Assembly (NCBI GenBank): GCA_902778255.1 | Contig: CACYXD010000006.1 | Coordinates: forward strand, 144,803-208,802 | From: an uncultured Prevotellaceae bacterium | Lineage (GTDB): Bacteria; Bacteroidota; Bacteroidia; Bacteroidales; Bacteroidaceae | Direction: 5' to 3' | Length of the DNA: 64,000 bases | The notes under the pieces: model-generated | What the model saw: only the letters and a program-made list of their open reading frames with translations | The model's database searches: none | What the model was told of the DNA's origin: nothing | Shown here: positions 9,442 to 19,973 of the stretch, one piece after another | Numbering within the stretch: position 1 is the stretch's first letter | Layout: the number at the start of each line of letters is the position of its first letter | Program-made: the position numbers and the translations under genes

Positions 9442-12012
9442 TTACTTGGAAGGATTTCCCCCATTTCTGCGTAGGGGAACCCCTATTAATAGCAATACCA
9501 GTAAGGTAATGATAGCCAGTGCAACATAAGCTAGCGTCTCAGTGGTATCCACTGATTTCGGGAAGAAACTGAGTATCACCTCATGGCGGCCAGCGTCAAT
9601 ATGTAGAGCACGTAGCACGTAGTTTACGCGTCCCAGTTCTACTTCCTTTCCATCAATGGTAGCAGTCCATTCCGGATAGAATATTTCCGAGAATACCAGC
9701 ACACCGCCCTTTGCGCTCTGCACATTATAGGTCAGCTGGTTGGGCTCGTAGGAGGTCAGTTCTATCGTTGAGGTGGAATCTTGAGCGATAGCTTCACCAA
9801 GCACTTGTTGGAATTGCTTGTCGGCCACTGCTTCATGACGCAGGTTTATCTGTCCTAGTGCATCCAGTTCCTGGTTGGCATTTTCTACGTATCTCACCTT
9901 GTCCACATACCAGGCATTACCGTAGGCATATGGGTTCTGCACCTCTATGTTCTGTTGGGCCAAGAGGAAATACTTGGTGTTGAGCATATTGAGCACGTTC
10001 CAGAGACTGTCACCGTTTATCTGAGTCAGATCACCGTAGAAGTCCTGTATAGACTTCTTGACCGTGTTCGTCTGTCTGGAGATATAACGCTCTATCAGTT
10101 CTTGATAACGGCGCAGCTTGGCGGCATGATAGCCTCCCACGCTCTTATGGTAATAAGAGGTCTCGTTCTCATTGAACACGTTGCCAGCCAAATTCAGCAC
10201 ACGGTAATAAAGTGTCGGATCGTCCTTGATTCGACGATCGGCCTCGGTCATCTGGCGAATCTGCTGACGCTCCACCTTCTTCACAAACTGCTTAGTGTCG
10301 TTGGGGTTCAAATAGCGGCGGTTCACTTGCCAAAGATCTGCCAGACAGATCACCAACAGCAGTCCCGCCATCATTCCAGTTTTCAACTTCTTGGCTTGAT
10401 AGAGCAACAGTACCAGCGTGCCAGCCACGATAAAGCCGAACGAACGCCAGCAGTCGGCAGTGAAGATGGACTGACGGGCACGGCTTAGACTCTCAAGGAA
10501 TGGGTTCAGGTCTGTAGGAGGCAACATCTGACTGAAATTAGCAACTTCAGCCTCTGTGTAGAAATTGAAGAACGTGGTAGGTGTCACAGCAAACAATAGG
10601 GCGATACCACCTGTTAGAGCGAAAGCGATGAGAATCTGAGGATTGAAGTTTTGGGTTTTGATCTTTGAGTCTTGAGAATTTTTTGTGATAACCAACTCCT
10701 TCAGTGCCAGCATTGCCATCAGTGGGATGGTGAACTCGGCAATGACGAGGATGGACTCCACGGCACGGAACTTCGCATACATCGGCACATAGTCGATGAA
10801 CAGATTGGTCAGTCCCATAAAGTTCTTGCCCCATGACAGCATGATGCTAAGGATAGTGGCTGCCAGCAATCCCCATGTCAGCGGGTTGCGATAGCAGATA
10901 AGTAAGCACAATACTGCCAGCATCAGTACGAAGGCGCCAACATAGACAGGTCCCATAGTACCATTTGCCCCTTCCTCCATGCTCTCTTCCCAGTATTGTG
11001 GCATCTGGTTGAACATGTAGCTGTAGGGAATCGACTGACCGTTGCCTAAGTTGAAATAGTGGGCATCACCCTCTTTCTTTACAGATTCGTTGTCACCCAA
11101 GGCATGCACCGAGGTGCCGCCCTTAGTGTTAGGTACCAAAAGGGTCCAGGTCTCACCGATGCCGTAGCTGTAGTCGGTGATATACGAGCGCTCGAGTCCG
11201 CTATTGGTCTGGTTCTCGGTGTTTGCTTTTACTAGTTCGCTCTTGCCACGCATCGTCTCTTTGGAGTATTGCCATGTGTGGTATAGATTTGATGCATTGA
11301 CCATGATGCCCAGCAGTCCGCCAATGACGCAGACTCCTAATGCCTTCCCTATGTGCAGATACTCTTTCTTGAGGAAAGCGTCTACGATAAAAGCTAGCAC
11401 CATCAACAAAATGACAAACAGATAATAGTAGGTCATCTGCACGTGGTTGGCATTAATCTCAAAAGCAGCAAAGATTGATGTAACCACTAGTCCCCACAGA
11501 TATTTCTTCCTGAAAGCTAGCACGACACCGCCTATCATCGGCGGCAGATAGGCCAGCGCCATCACCTTCCACAGGTGTCCAGCAGCAATGATAATCAGGA
11601 AATATGTGCTGAAAGCCCATAGGATAGAGCCAAGAGCCGCCAATTGCTGACGGAAGTCAAAAGCACGCAACAGAATATAGAAGCCCAACAGGTAAACAAA
11701 TAGATACCACACGTTGTCAGGTAGCCACAAGTGGTAGGCGTTCCCTATTGATGATAATATGTTAGTACTATCATACGCTGGCATTATCTGATAGGTTGGC
11801 ATTCCTGAGAACAGCGAGTTAGTCCATCGTGTATATTCGCCTGTACGATGTCGATACTGTACAGCCTCCTCGCCCATACCTACACCGGCAGAGATGTCGC
11901 CTTGGTTCAATACACGGTCTTCCATGTCGGCTGGATAGAAATAGGCAAATGCTAATACTGCAAAGAATATCACTGCCAACACATCGGGCAGCCATTGTTT
12001 GATGAATTTCAT
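9442..12012 (-). CDS. YfhO-family multi-pass membrane protein (putative GT-C glycosyltransferase)
   Basis: Many TM segments; RWTNSLFSGMPTYQ, YHKSVGGYHAAKLRRYQELIE and LVFSEIFYPEWTATIDG motifs; start taken at MKFIKQW. Confidence 0.85.
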   Translation of the reverse strand: MKFIKQWLPDVLAVIFFAVLAFAYFYPADMEDRVLNQGDISAGVGMGEEAVQYRHRTGEYTRWTNSLFSGMPTYQIMPAYDSTNILSSIGNAYHLWLPDNVWYLFVYLLGFYILLRAFDFRQQLAALGSILWAFSTYFLIIIAAGHLWKVMALAYLPPMIGGVVLAFRKKYLWGLVVTSIFAAFEINANHVQMTYYYLFVILLMVLAFIVDAFLKKEYLHIGKALGVCVIGGLLGIMVNASNLYHTWQYSKETMRGKSELVKANTENQTNSGLERSYITDYSYGIGETWTLLVPNTKGGTSVHALGDNESVKKEGDAHYFNLGNGQSIPYSYMFNQMPQYWEESMEEGANGTMGPVYVGAFVLMLAVLCLLICYRNPLTWGLLAATILSIMLSWGKNFMGLTNLFIDYVPMYAKFRAVESILVIAEFTIPLMAMLALKELVITKNSQDSKIKTQNFNPQILIAFALTGGIALLFAVTPTTFFNFYTEAEVANFSQMLPPTDLNPFLESLSRARQSIFTADCWRSFGFIVAGTLVLLLYQAKKLKTGMMAGLLLVICLADLWQVNRRYLNPNDTKQFVKKVERQQIRQMTEADRRIKDDPTLYYRVLNLAGNVFNENETSYYHKSVGGYHAAKLRRYQELIERYISRQTNTVKKSIQDFYGDLTQINGDSLWNVLNMLNTKYFLLAQQNIEVQNPYAYGNAWYVDKVRYVENANQELDALGQINLRHEAVADKQFQQVLGEAIAQDSTSTIELTSYEPNQLTYNVQSAKGGVLVFSEIFYPEWTATIDGKEVELGRVNYVLRALHIDAGRHEVILSFFPKSVDTTETLAYVALAIITLLVLLLIGVPLRRNGGNPSK

Positions 12013-12159
12013 AACTACTTGCAAGTTTTATTGTTTTGGCCGCAAAATTACGAATTATTTTCTTAAAGTGCAACACTATTCCATAAAAAACGCCGCTTAT
12101 GGTGTGTCAGAATAAAGAAATATGTGTAACTTTGCGACTTGAAACTAAATGATGACAGA

Positions 12160-13515
12160 ATGGAACCGATTAATGACCTCTTCTCGTTGCTCAGTTCGTG
12201 GCTGTGGGGATGGCCTATGGTGATACTCCTGCTGGGAACACATATATTCCTTACTTTCCGTTTGGGCGTGCCACAGCGTAAGCTATTCACGGGTATACGA
12301 CTCTCTGTGAAGAAAGACCCTGGTGCCAAAGGAGATGTGAGTCAGTTTGGCGCCCTAGCTACGGCTTTGGCTGCAACTATTGGCACGGGAAATATCGTGG
12401 GTGTGGCCACAGCTGTCGCTCTGGGTGGTCCGGGGGCGGTGCTCTGGTGCTGGCTCACGGGTATCTTCGGTATGGCTACGAAATATGCCGAGGGGCTATT
12501 GGCGGTGAAATATCGTGTAAAAGGCAGTAATGGTCATACCTATGGCGGGCCGATGTATGCTCTTGAACGCGGACTGAATATGAAATGGCTCGCCATTCTC
12601 TTTGCTGTGTTTACGGCGCTGGCTTCTTTTGGTATCGGCTGTACGGTGCAGGCCAACTCTATTGCCTTATTGGCTAGCGAGACATTCGGTATCCCTACAT
12701 GGGCAGTAGGCCTTTTCGTTTGTTTGCTTACGGCAGCCGTTATCTTAGGTGGCGTGAAGGCTATCGCCCGTGTGTGTACTATCTTTGTACCTTTTATGGC
12801 AGCCCTCTACGTCCTTGGCTGTATCGTTATCCTTATTATGAACAGCGGTTATGTGTGGCCTGCTGTGGAACTCATTGTGCAGTCGGCTTTCAACCCCTCT
12901 GCTGCAGGAGGCGGTTTTGTGGGCGCAACGGTGATGATGGCGGCACGTTATGGCATTGCCCGTGGTCTCTTCTCTAACGAGAGCGGCATGGGATCGGCTC
13001 CTATTGTAGCTGCGGCAGCTCAGACGCGCAATCCTGTGCGTCAGGCTCTGGTTTCGAGTACAGGTACATTCTGGGACACGGTGGTCATCTGTGCCCTCAC
13101 TGGTCTGGTGCTTGTCAGCAGTATATTGGCTTATCCGGATATCAGCTATGCCGATGGCGCTGCGCTTACCAAGGTCGCCTTTTCAAAGATTCCCTACGTA
13201 GGAGCCCCACTATTGACTTTTGGCATTCTTACCTTTGCTTTCAGTACCATCCTGGGGTGGAGCTACTATGGCGAGTGTGCTGTCAACTATATTGAGGCCA
13301 AGCGTTCCAATCGTTTTTATCGCATTCTGTATATCGTAGCTCTCTTCTTCGGGTCGATTATCAGTCTGGACATCATCTGGAACATAGCCGACTGCATGAA
13401 CGCTCTTATGACCATCCCCAATCTTGTTGCCCTATTGCTGCTCAGTGGGGTAGCTGCCCGTGAAACAAAAAAGTATCTCTGGAACAACCGATTGGATGAA
13501 GAGATGAAGGAATAG
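12160..13515 (+). CDS. Alanine/glycine:cation symporter (AGCS family)
   Basis: ALAATIGTGNIVGVA, GGPGAVLWCW and ARGLFSNESGMGS motifs. Confidence 0.95.
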   Translation: MEPINDLFSLLSSWLWGWPMVILLLGTHIFLTFRLGVPQRKLFTGIRLSVKKDPGAKGDVSQFGALATALAATIGTGNIVGVATAVALGGPGAVLWCWLTGIFGMATKYAEGLLAVKYRVKGSNGHTYGGPMYALERGLNMKWLAILFAVFTALASFGIGCTVQANSIALLASETFGIPTWAVGLFVCLLTAAVILGGVKAIARVCTIFVPFMAALYVLGCIVILIMNSGYVWPAVELIVQSAFNPSAAGGGFVGATVMMAARYGIARGLFSNESGMGSAPIVAAAAQTRNPVRQALVSSTGTFWDTVVICALTGLVLVSSILAYPDISYADGAALTKVAFSKIPYVGAPLLTFGILTFAFSTILGWSYYGECAVNYIEAKRSNRFYRILYIVALFFGSIISLDIIWNIADCMNALMTIPNLVALLLLSGVAARETKKYLWNNRLDEEMKE

Positions 13516-13522
13516 CGAGTTT

Positions 13523-15070
13523 TTATATTCCTCTCTCTGCCCAGTCTCCTCGGTCTAAACTGCGGTAGCCAATCGCTTCCGCAATATGCATAGACTGAAT
13601 CTGCTCACTGCTGGCAAGGTCGGCAATGGTGCGAGCCACCTTGAGAATTCGGCTATAGGCACGAGCTGAGAGTTTCAGACGTTCCATCGCCATGCGAAGC
13701 ATGTTGAGCGACTGGGCATCGGGCTCTGCAAACTGGTGGAGCATCTTCTCCGACATTTGAGCGTTGCAATGCACGCCTTTGAAGGGTTTGAAACGCTCTT
13801 CCTGTATCTTGCGGGCTGCAATGACGCGCTCACGTATGACGGCAGACGGTTCACCTGGCTGCATCTGCGAGAGCTGGGCAAACGGCACTGCCTGTATCTC
13901 GCAATGGATGTCTATACGGTCGAGTAAGGGGCCGCTGATTTTGTTCATGTAACGTTGAATCTGTCCAGGTGTGCAGACGCAGTGGTGTGTGGGGTCGCCA
14001 TAATAGCCGCAGGGACAGGGGTTCATGCTGGCTATCATCATAAAGCTACAAGGATATTCTACACTGTACTTCGCACGCGAGATACTGATCTTGCGGTCTT
14101 CCAACGGTTGGCGTAGCACTTCCAAAACGCTACGGCTTAGTTCCGGCATCTCATCTAGGAATAGCACACCATTGTGGGCCAGTGATATTTCACCAGGTTG
14201 CGGATTATTGCCGCCACCTACGAGAGCTACCTGTGAGATGGTATGATGAGGTGCACGGAATGGACGCTGGCTGATGAGACTGGTGTCGCGGTTCAGTTTG
14301 CCCGCCACACTGTGAATCTGTGTGGTCTCAAGACTCTCGGACAATGAAAGCGGTGGCAGAATCGATGGCAGACGTTTAGCCAACATGGACTTGCCGCTAC
14401 CTGGCGGACCAATCATAATGAGGTTATGACCGCCAGCAGCAGCCACCTCAAGAGCTCGCTTCACACTCTCTTGACCTTTGACGTCGGCGAAGTCAAACTC
14501 GAAATGATTCTGTTGCTCGAAGAACTCTTTGCGTGTATCAATGATGGTGGGTTGGAAAACCGTGTTGCCATTCAGAAATGATATGACATCGGCAAGCGAG
14601 TCCATGCCATAGACCTCCAGATTGTTAACGATTGCAGCTTCGCGGATATTCTGGCGGGGGACAATAAGTCCTTTGATCTTCTCGGCCTTGGCTTTAATGG
14701 CGATGGGCAGTGCACCACGTATGGGCTGTAGTGTACCGTCAAGTCCCAGTTCGCCCACCAGCATATAATCCGACAGACTGTCAGGCGTTACCTTACCTAT
14801 TGCTGCAAGAATGCCGATGGCTAACGGGAGGTCGTAGCCGGAACCTTCTTTCTTAATGTCGGCTGGCGACAGGTTGACGGTGATTTCCATCGTTGGAAAC
14901 TTATAACCATTGTTCAGCAGTGCAGCCTTGATTCGTTCATAACTTTCTTTGACGGCAGTATCTGCTAGTCCGGTAAGATGAAACTGTACACCGCGTGTCA
15001 TACTAATCTCGCAGGATACCGTTGTTACATCCAGTCCGTTGACAGCAGCGCAATATGTTTTTACAAGCAT
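13523..15070 (-). CDS. comM: YifB/ComM family Mg-chelatase-like AAA+ ATPase
   Basis: NLSPADIKKEGSGYDLPLA, Walker A GPPGSGKS, PGEISLAHNGVLFLDE and CPCGYYG motifs. Confidence 0.92.
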   Translation of the reverse strand: MLVKTYCAAVNGLDVTTVSCEISMTRGVQFHLTGLADTAVKESYERIKAALLNNGYKFPTMEITVNLSPADIKKEGSGYDLPLAIGILAAIGKVTPDSLSDYMLVGELGLDGTLQPIRGALPIAIKAKAEKIKGLIVPRQNIREAAIVNNLEVYGMDSLADVISFLNGNTVFQPTIIDTRKEFFEQQNHFEFDFADVKGQESVKRALEVAAAGGHNLIMIGPPGSGKSMLAKRLPSILPPLSLSESLETTQIHSVAGKLNRDTSLISQRPFRAPHHTISQVALVGGGNNPQPGEISLAHNGVLFLDEMPELSRSVLEVLRQPLEDRKISISRAKYSVEYPCSFMMIASMNPCPCGYYGDPTHHCVCTPGQIQRYMNKISGPLLDRIDIHCEIQAVPFAQLSQMQPGEPSAVIRERVIAARKIQEERFKPFKGVHCNAQMSEKMLHQFAEPDAQSLNMLRMAMERLKLSARAYSRILKVARTIADLASSEQIQSMHIAEAIGYRSLDRGDWAERGI

Positions 15071-15079
15071 AATATGACG

Positions 15080-16072
15080 TTAGAACAAAGATTCTATTTT
15101 ATCTTTCAGGTTTGCGGTGCTGAGTGTTCTCCCTACGATGTTGCCTTTCTTGTCGATGACGATATTGTCGGGGATGAACGTGATACCGAGGGTAGGGATG
15201 AGAGGGGATTCCCACATCATGCCATCACAGATGTTAGGCCATTTGATACTGTCGCGCTCAATGGTCTTTTTCCCCTCATATGGCGATGCATCCATGCAGA
15301 TGCTGACGATGCTGATGCTGTCATGATGCTCTTTGCGCCATTGGTTGAGCTTCTGCATCGTGTTTTGTGAGTCATAGCTCCATGACGACCATACTACGAT
15401 AACATTGGCTTGTTTGCAGAGCACGCTGTCAGTCACGGTGTTACCGTTAGTATCGGTAGCGGTGAAGTGGGGCAGCTTGCCTGTAGCGCCATGCTGTTTG
15501 ACACAGGACAGTCGTTGATATAATTGTAACAAGGGTATGCATGAAGGCCGTGCCTTATGCATCCTCTCGCATAGCTCAAAGGCTTTTGCATAGTCGGCAT
15601 CAACCGACAGGATAAAGAAACGCCTTAGCAGGTAGAGGGAGGCAGGCGACTCTGGATGTTCAAGGATAAACGCCTCGGCCTTTTCTTTTACTGCTGGTGG
15701 CATCATCTCCTTGGTCTGCAGGCGGAATCCTGTCATCAGCTCATTATTGTCTGATCCTGTAATCTCTGTCTCTTTCAGGTGTGACACATCGCCCTCGATT
15801 GTTACCCTGCTTCCAGGCTCTGCGATGATAGGCAGTTCCGAGTAGTTAGGAAATATCAAGGTGAGGATGGTGGTATCAGCGAGATCTGTGTCAAAAGTGA
15901 ACTGTCCGCTATTCAATAAGATAGTATCTTTGCGGCCTTGGTCGAGGTCACAAAGATACAGTTCTCCTTGGTTAATATTCTTAAACTTGCCTTCTAAGTG
16001 GAAGTGATTTCCCTTCTCACTGCATGATAGCAGGCATAAGAACAATATGATGAAAGGGCTGAGACGCTTCAT
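15080..16072 (-). CDS. DUF4369/TlpA-like thioredoxin-fold lipoprotein lacking CxxC
   Basis: Lipobox LCLLSC; TlpA-like C-terminus (LPHFTATDTNGNTVT, IPDNIVIDKKGNIVGR); WSSWSYDS in place of WAxWCxxC. Confidence 0.78.
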   Translation of the reverse strand: MKRLSPFIILFLCLLSCSEKGNHFHLEGKFKNINQGELYLCDLDQGRKDTILLNSGQFTFDTDLADTTILTLIFPNYSELPIIAEPGSRVTIEGDVSHLKETEITGSDNNELMTGFRLQTKEMMPPAVKEKAEAFILEHPESPASLYLLRRFFILSVDADYAKAFELCERMHKARPSCIPLLQLYQRLSCVKQHGATGKLPHFTATDTNGNTVTDSVLCKQANVIVVWSSWSYDSQNTMQKLNQWRKEHHDSISIVSICMDASPYEGKKTIERDSIKWPNICDGMMWESPLIPTLGITFIPDNIVIDKKGNIVGRTLSTANLKDKIESLF

Positions 16073-16087
16073 ACGTTCAGCATTCTT

Positions 16088-17776
16088 TTACTTGTTCATC
16101 TTGGTCAGCTCCAGGTCCTTGGCTGCATAGTCGGCCAATGAGGGATCTTTTTCAATGGCTTTCTTCAGTGCTTTGGCAGCCTCACTGTTATTACCAGTAC
16201 GAGCGTTCAGAATAGCACGCAGGTAGTCGGTGGTGGCATCGGCATTCTTCACGTTCTTCAGCGTAGTGGCGGCAGCCTGGTAGTTTTTGTTCAGTATCTG
16301 AGCCAGTGCTGCTGAGTTAGACTGGATGCGCCCGAAGTCCTGTTCTGCCTGAGCATACTTGCCCTGAGCCAGATGCAGGTTACCCAGCACCTCGTTCAGA
16401 CCATTGGCCTTGGCTCCCTTGGCGATATAGTTTTCTGCGCTCAGCATATCGCCCTGCTGAAGGGCCAGCATCCCCAAGTTGGCATTTGTCTCAGGTTGGT
16501 TGCGATCCAATTGCTGGGCTTTGTTAAGCCATTGCTTGGCCTCGTCGTAGTTGCCTTTAGCATATGCCAGACGAGCCAGATTGTTATAGGCGCGTGGGTC
16601 GTTCTTGTATATCTGAGTGGCTTTCTTGTAAGCAGCCTCAGCGCTGGCGGTGTCGTCATCATAAAGTGTGGCTCCATAGAGAATCTCCTCGACGCTCAGC
16701 TTGCTGGCATCATTCTTCATCTGGGCCAAGATCTGCTCATCGTCACGACCAATCAGCAGGTAGTTGATGGTCATGCGGGCACGGCGCAATTGAGGCAGGA
16801 TGCCGTCGGTCAGTTCACGGAAGGCAACCGAGATATTCTTGATCTGCTGCTCGCGCTCTTCAGGATCCTGATACATTGACAGAACGCGCAGGATGACATC
16901 TTTGTCCTGAATATCGCTGGCAGCCACCAGTTCCTGAAAACCTTCCCAGTCCTCTGCGGTGTATTTCGCATCTACGGGAGCATCCATCTTGACTTTCTTC
17001 ATCTCGCCCTGCAGGTAGTCGTTGGTCACGTCCTGACGCTTGTTGGCCAGTTTTTCGTTGAGCTCGTAGCCACCATCGGGTGAAGCGTAGGCAGATACCT
17101 CAATATTATCGAGTGCCATGCCTTCTTGATCAGCCATGATCTTACTGATCAGGCGTACAAACTCCTGTACTGAATTGTTTTGCAACTCACTCTTGCGCAA
17201 CTGTGCCTGTCCGATAAGGAACTGGATGTTGGCTTGCTGCTTCTGCTCAGAGATGCGCTGGAAGTTGTCTTCGGCCAGTGCGGCATTGGCTGAGGCCAGT
17301 GTGCGCTTATAGAGTTCCGATGTGGCAATGATACCTGTGGCAACTTTTACCTCGGGCACCTTCACGGTCTTCTTGCCTACCTTGGCATCGAAGACGAGAT
17401 ACATATCGCTTTGCTGCATCTCGGATGTATAAGGGAAGTTGGTTTTCATGGTGTAGTTACCACCTACGAGGTAAGAGATGGTCTGGTCGTTGCCCAGCAC
17501 CTTCTCGCCCTGGAAAGTAGCACCTTCGCCATTAACGGATTTCAGACCTTGAGGTGTTTGGTAGCGCAACTGTGGTGTCACTGTCACCACGGCCTTCTTC
17601 TTCATATATTTCTCTGGGAACATACCATTGACGGTAGCCGAAACCTGTCCGGCCTGAGTCTCCAAAGGATTAGGTGTTACCTTGAAATTGTCTTCTGAGA
17701 GTGCACCCAGCTTTCCTGAGCACGAAGTCAGTACCAGTGCGGTAGCCGACAAAAAAAGGAAATGAAATACTTTCAT
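16088..17776 (-). CDS. Lipoprotein with OmpA-like domain and C-terminal TPR repeats
   Basis: Lipobox LVLTSC; SAYASPDGGYELNEKLANKR (OmpA_C-like); TPR segments such as DPRAYNNLARLAYAKGNYDEAKQWL. Confidence 0.82.
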   Translation of the reverse strand: MKVFHFLFLSATALVLTSCSGKLGALSEDNFKVTPNPLETQAGQVSATVNGMFPEKYMKKKAVVTVTPQLRYQTPQGLKSVNGEGATFQGEKVLGNDQTISYLVGGNYTMKTNFPYTSEMQQSDMYLVFDAKVGKKTVKVPEVKVATGIIATSELYKRTLASANAALAEDNFQRISEQKQQANIQFLIGQAQLRKSELQNNSVQEFVRLISKIMADQEGMALDNIEVSAYASPDGGYELNEKLANKRQDVTNDYLQGEMKKVKMDAPVDAKYTAEDWEGFQELVAASDIQDKDVILRVLSMYQDPEEREQQIKNISVAFRELTDGILPQLRRARMTINYLLIGRDDEQILAQMKNDASKLSVEEILYGATLYDDDTASAEAAYKKATQIYKNDPRAYNNLARLAYAKGNYDEAKQWLNKAQQLDRNQPETNANLGMLALQQGDMLSAENYIAKGAKANGLNEVLGNLHLAQGKYAQAEQDFGRIQSNSAALAQILNKNYQAAATTLKNVKNADATTDYLRAILNARTGNNSEAAKALKKAIEKDPSLADYAAKDLELTKMNK

Positions 17777-17800
17777 GATAGGATTTTTGTTTTCAAGAAG

Positions 17801-17885
17801 TGCCGCGAGCGGGACTCGAACCCGCACAACCATTTCTGGTCAAGGGATTTTAAGTCCCTCGTGTCTACCATTCCACCATCGCGGC
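17801..17885 (-). tRNA. tRNA-Leu(TAA)
   Basis: Reverse complement GCCGCGATGGTGGAATGGTAGACACGAGGGACTTAAAATCCCTTGACCAGAAATGGTTGTGCGGGTTCGAGTCCCGCTCGCGGCA has acceptor stem, D arm, TAA anticodon, long variable arm and TTCGA loop; CCA not encoded. Confidence 0.97.
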
Positions 17886-17969
17886 AGCCGTTTTGTTGTG
17901 TGGCTTTTTCAAAAACCGATGCAAAGGTACTGCTATTTCTTGGAATATCCAAATTTCTTCAGTGTTTTT

Positions 17970-18527
17970 TCACGGATTCTGCACTGACAGGATGCCTCGT
18001 TCGGGATTATATGTCACACGCTTGTATTGTTCCAGTGTTTTTCCCTTGTCGCCGCTCTTCACTGTGCTATACTCGCTATAGATACTATAGACACGCTTGC
18101 ATTTGTCGCATTTCAGCTCCTGGGGATTGTCGGCCCATCTCAGCTCGTAGTTGAAATCGCAGTTAGGACATTGCAGGTCGTAGGCACAGAGTACCCCGCT
18201 ATAGGTGCGCCCGATGATGAGACCACGTTTCTGTCCCATAGTGTTATAGTTGATTTTCTCGTTGCCAATGGCATTCGATATAGTTAGGTCGAGGTCTGTT
18301 TGGTCGTAGGCCCCTTGATTGGGCGTCAGTTTCAAGTGATAGACACCCTTTTCAAGTACGGCCTTCACGATACAGAAGTTGCCGCCAGATCCAGCCACGG
18401 CACGTGTCAGTGCACTGGTGGGGTAAAGCGATGCCTGAAAGATGAAGTTGCAATACGTCGAACTGTATTGGTTGTCCACCTCACAGCCACAAAAGATCAG
18501 TAGGAGTAGCGGTAGCCAATTCTTCAC
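17970..18527 (-). CDS. Lipoprotein with Rieske-like Cys-rich C-terminal domain
   Basis: GTG start, lipobox IFCGC; AYDLQCPNC and LKCDKCKRVY motifs. Confidence 0.7.
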   Translation of the reverse strand: MKNWLPLLLLIFCGCEVDNQYSSTYCNFIFQASLYPTSALTRAVAGSGGNFCIVKAVLEKGVYHLKLTPNQGAYDQTDLDLTISNAIGNEKINYNTMGQKRGLIIGRTYSGVLCAYDLQCPNCDFNYELRWADNPQELKCDKCKRVYSIYSEYSTVKSGDKGKTLEQYKRVTYNPERGILSVQNP

Positions 18528-18538
18528 TCTTCACTTTT

Positions 18539-19873
18539 TTATTTTCCCAATAGTTTTGCTTCTGCTTGATGTACATTCTCGAAGGCAAAACCTTTAAGCA
18601 CACTTTGCATCAAGGCCTCGATGCGGTCGTTGCAGAGGTTGCCGATGGAGCCCTCGTGGGTATGATGGATATCCTTGTTGGGGGTGAACTTGCCAGCTTC
18701 AATGTCAAGGCCTACCTTCTTATAGGCATCGCGGAACGGCATACCTTCTGCAGCAAGGCGATTCACCTCTTCAACCGAGAACATCGGGTCGTAACGTGGA
18801 TCATCCAGGATATGGTCGTTTACCTCGATGCGGTTGATGATATAGGCCGTCATGCGCAGACAGTCTAGCAACTCGTCGAAAGCGGGCAGGAATACCTCTT
18901 TGATGATTTGCAGGTCGCGGAAATAGCCCACGGGCAGGTTGTTCATCATCAACGTGATCTGTTGAGGCAGACTCTGCAACTTATTCGACTTTGAACGGAT
19001 AAGCTCAAAGACATCGGGGTTCTTCTTATGTGGCATGATGCTGGAACCCGTGGTACACTCCTTGGGAAGTTTTACGAAACCGAAGTTCTGACAGTTGAAC
19101 ATGCAGGCATCGAAAGCCAACTTAGCCATAGTGCCCGCAATGGTGGCGATGGCGAAACCTACGTTACGCTCCATCTTGCCTCGTCCCATCTGTGCATAGA
19201 CCACGTTATAGTCCATTGAGTCGAAGCCCAATAGGTCGGTGGTCATCTGGCGATTCAAGGGGAATGATGAGCCATATCCTGCTGCCGAACCTAAGGGGTT
19301 GCGGTTGGTCATCTTGTAGGCTGCCTGCAGGAAGAGCATATCGTCGGCTAGGCTCTCGGCGTATGCACCAAACCACAAACCGAAACTGGAGGGCATGGCC
19401 ACCTGCAGATGTGTGTAGCCTGGCATCAGCACATCCTTATACTGGTTGCTCTTGGCAATAAGTTGGTCGAAGAGGTCTTTCACGGCCTCGGCCACCAACT
19501 GCAGTTGATGGCGGGTGAAGAGTTTCAAATCCACCAGCACCTGATCGTTGCGCGAACGGCCCGAATGAATCTTCTTTCCCATATCACCCAGTTTGCGGGT
19601 AAGCATCAGTTCCACTTGTGAGTGGACATCCTCGATGCCGTCCTCAATGACAAACTCGCCGCGCTGGGTCTGTTCGTAGATATTTCTTAACTCCTTCAGC
19701 AACACGGGCAACTCATCCTTGCCCAGCAGTCCGATGCTCTCGAGCATGGTGATGTGGGCCATAGAGCCCAGCACATCATATGGTGCCAAATAGAGGTCCA
19801 TCTCACGGTCTCGCCCTACGGTGAAGCGCTCTATTTCACTGTTTATCTCAAAGTTTTTTTCCCAGAGTTTCAT
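18539..19873 (-). CDS. argH: Argininosuccinate lyase
   Basis: IHSGRSRNDQV, MPGYTHLQVAMP and TGSSIMPHKKNPDVFE motifs. Confidence 0.97.
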   Translation of the reverse strand: MKLWEKNFEINSEIERFTVGRDREMDLYLAPYDVLGSMAHITMLESIGLLGKDELPVLLKELRNIYEQTQRGEFVIEDGIEDVHSQVELMLTRKLGDMGKKIHSGRSRNDQVLVDLKLFTRHQLQLVAEAVKDLFDQLIAKSNQYKDVLMPGYTHLQVAMPSSFGLWFGAYAESLADDMLFLQAAYKMTNRNPLGSAAGYGSSFPLNRQMTTDLLGFDSMDYNVVYAQMGRGKMERNVGFAIATIAGTMAKLAFDACMFNCQNFGFVKLPKECTTGSSIMPHKKNPDVFELIRSKSNKLQSLPQQITLMMNNLPVGYFRDLQIIKEVFLPAFDELLDCLRMTAYIINRIEVNDHILDDPRYDPMFSVEEVNRLAAEGMPFRDAYKKVGLDIEAGKFTPNKDIHHTHEGSIGNLCNDRIEALMQSVLKGFAFENVHQAEAKLLGK

Positions 19874-19973
19874 ATAATCGTCTTATTTTTTATACCTTTC
19901 TGATTTGAGGGACATTATCTTTTTGAATTCCTATACTCAATATACTACAGAGAATATAGGGGACAATTGATGG

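Noticed and set aside
17801-17885. tRNA-Leu as an island integration site
   Set aside because: No integrase, no duplicated tRNA 3' end seen, and the flanking genes look like core genes.
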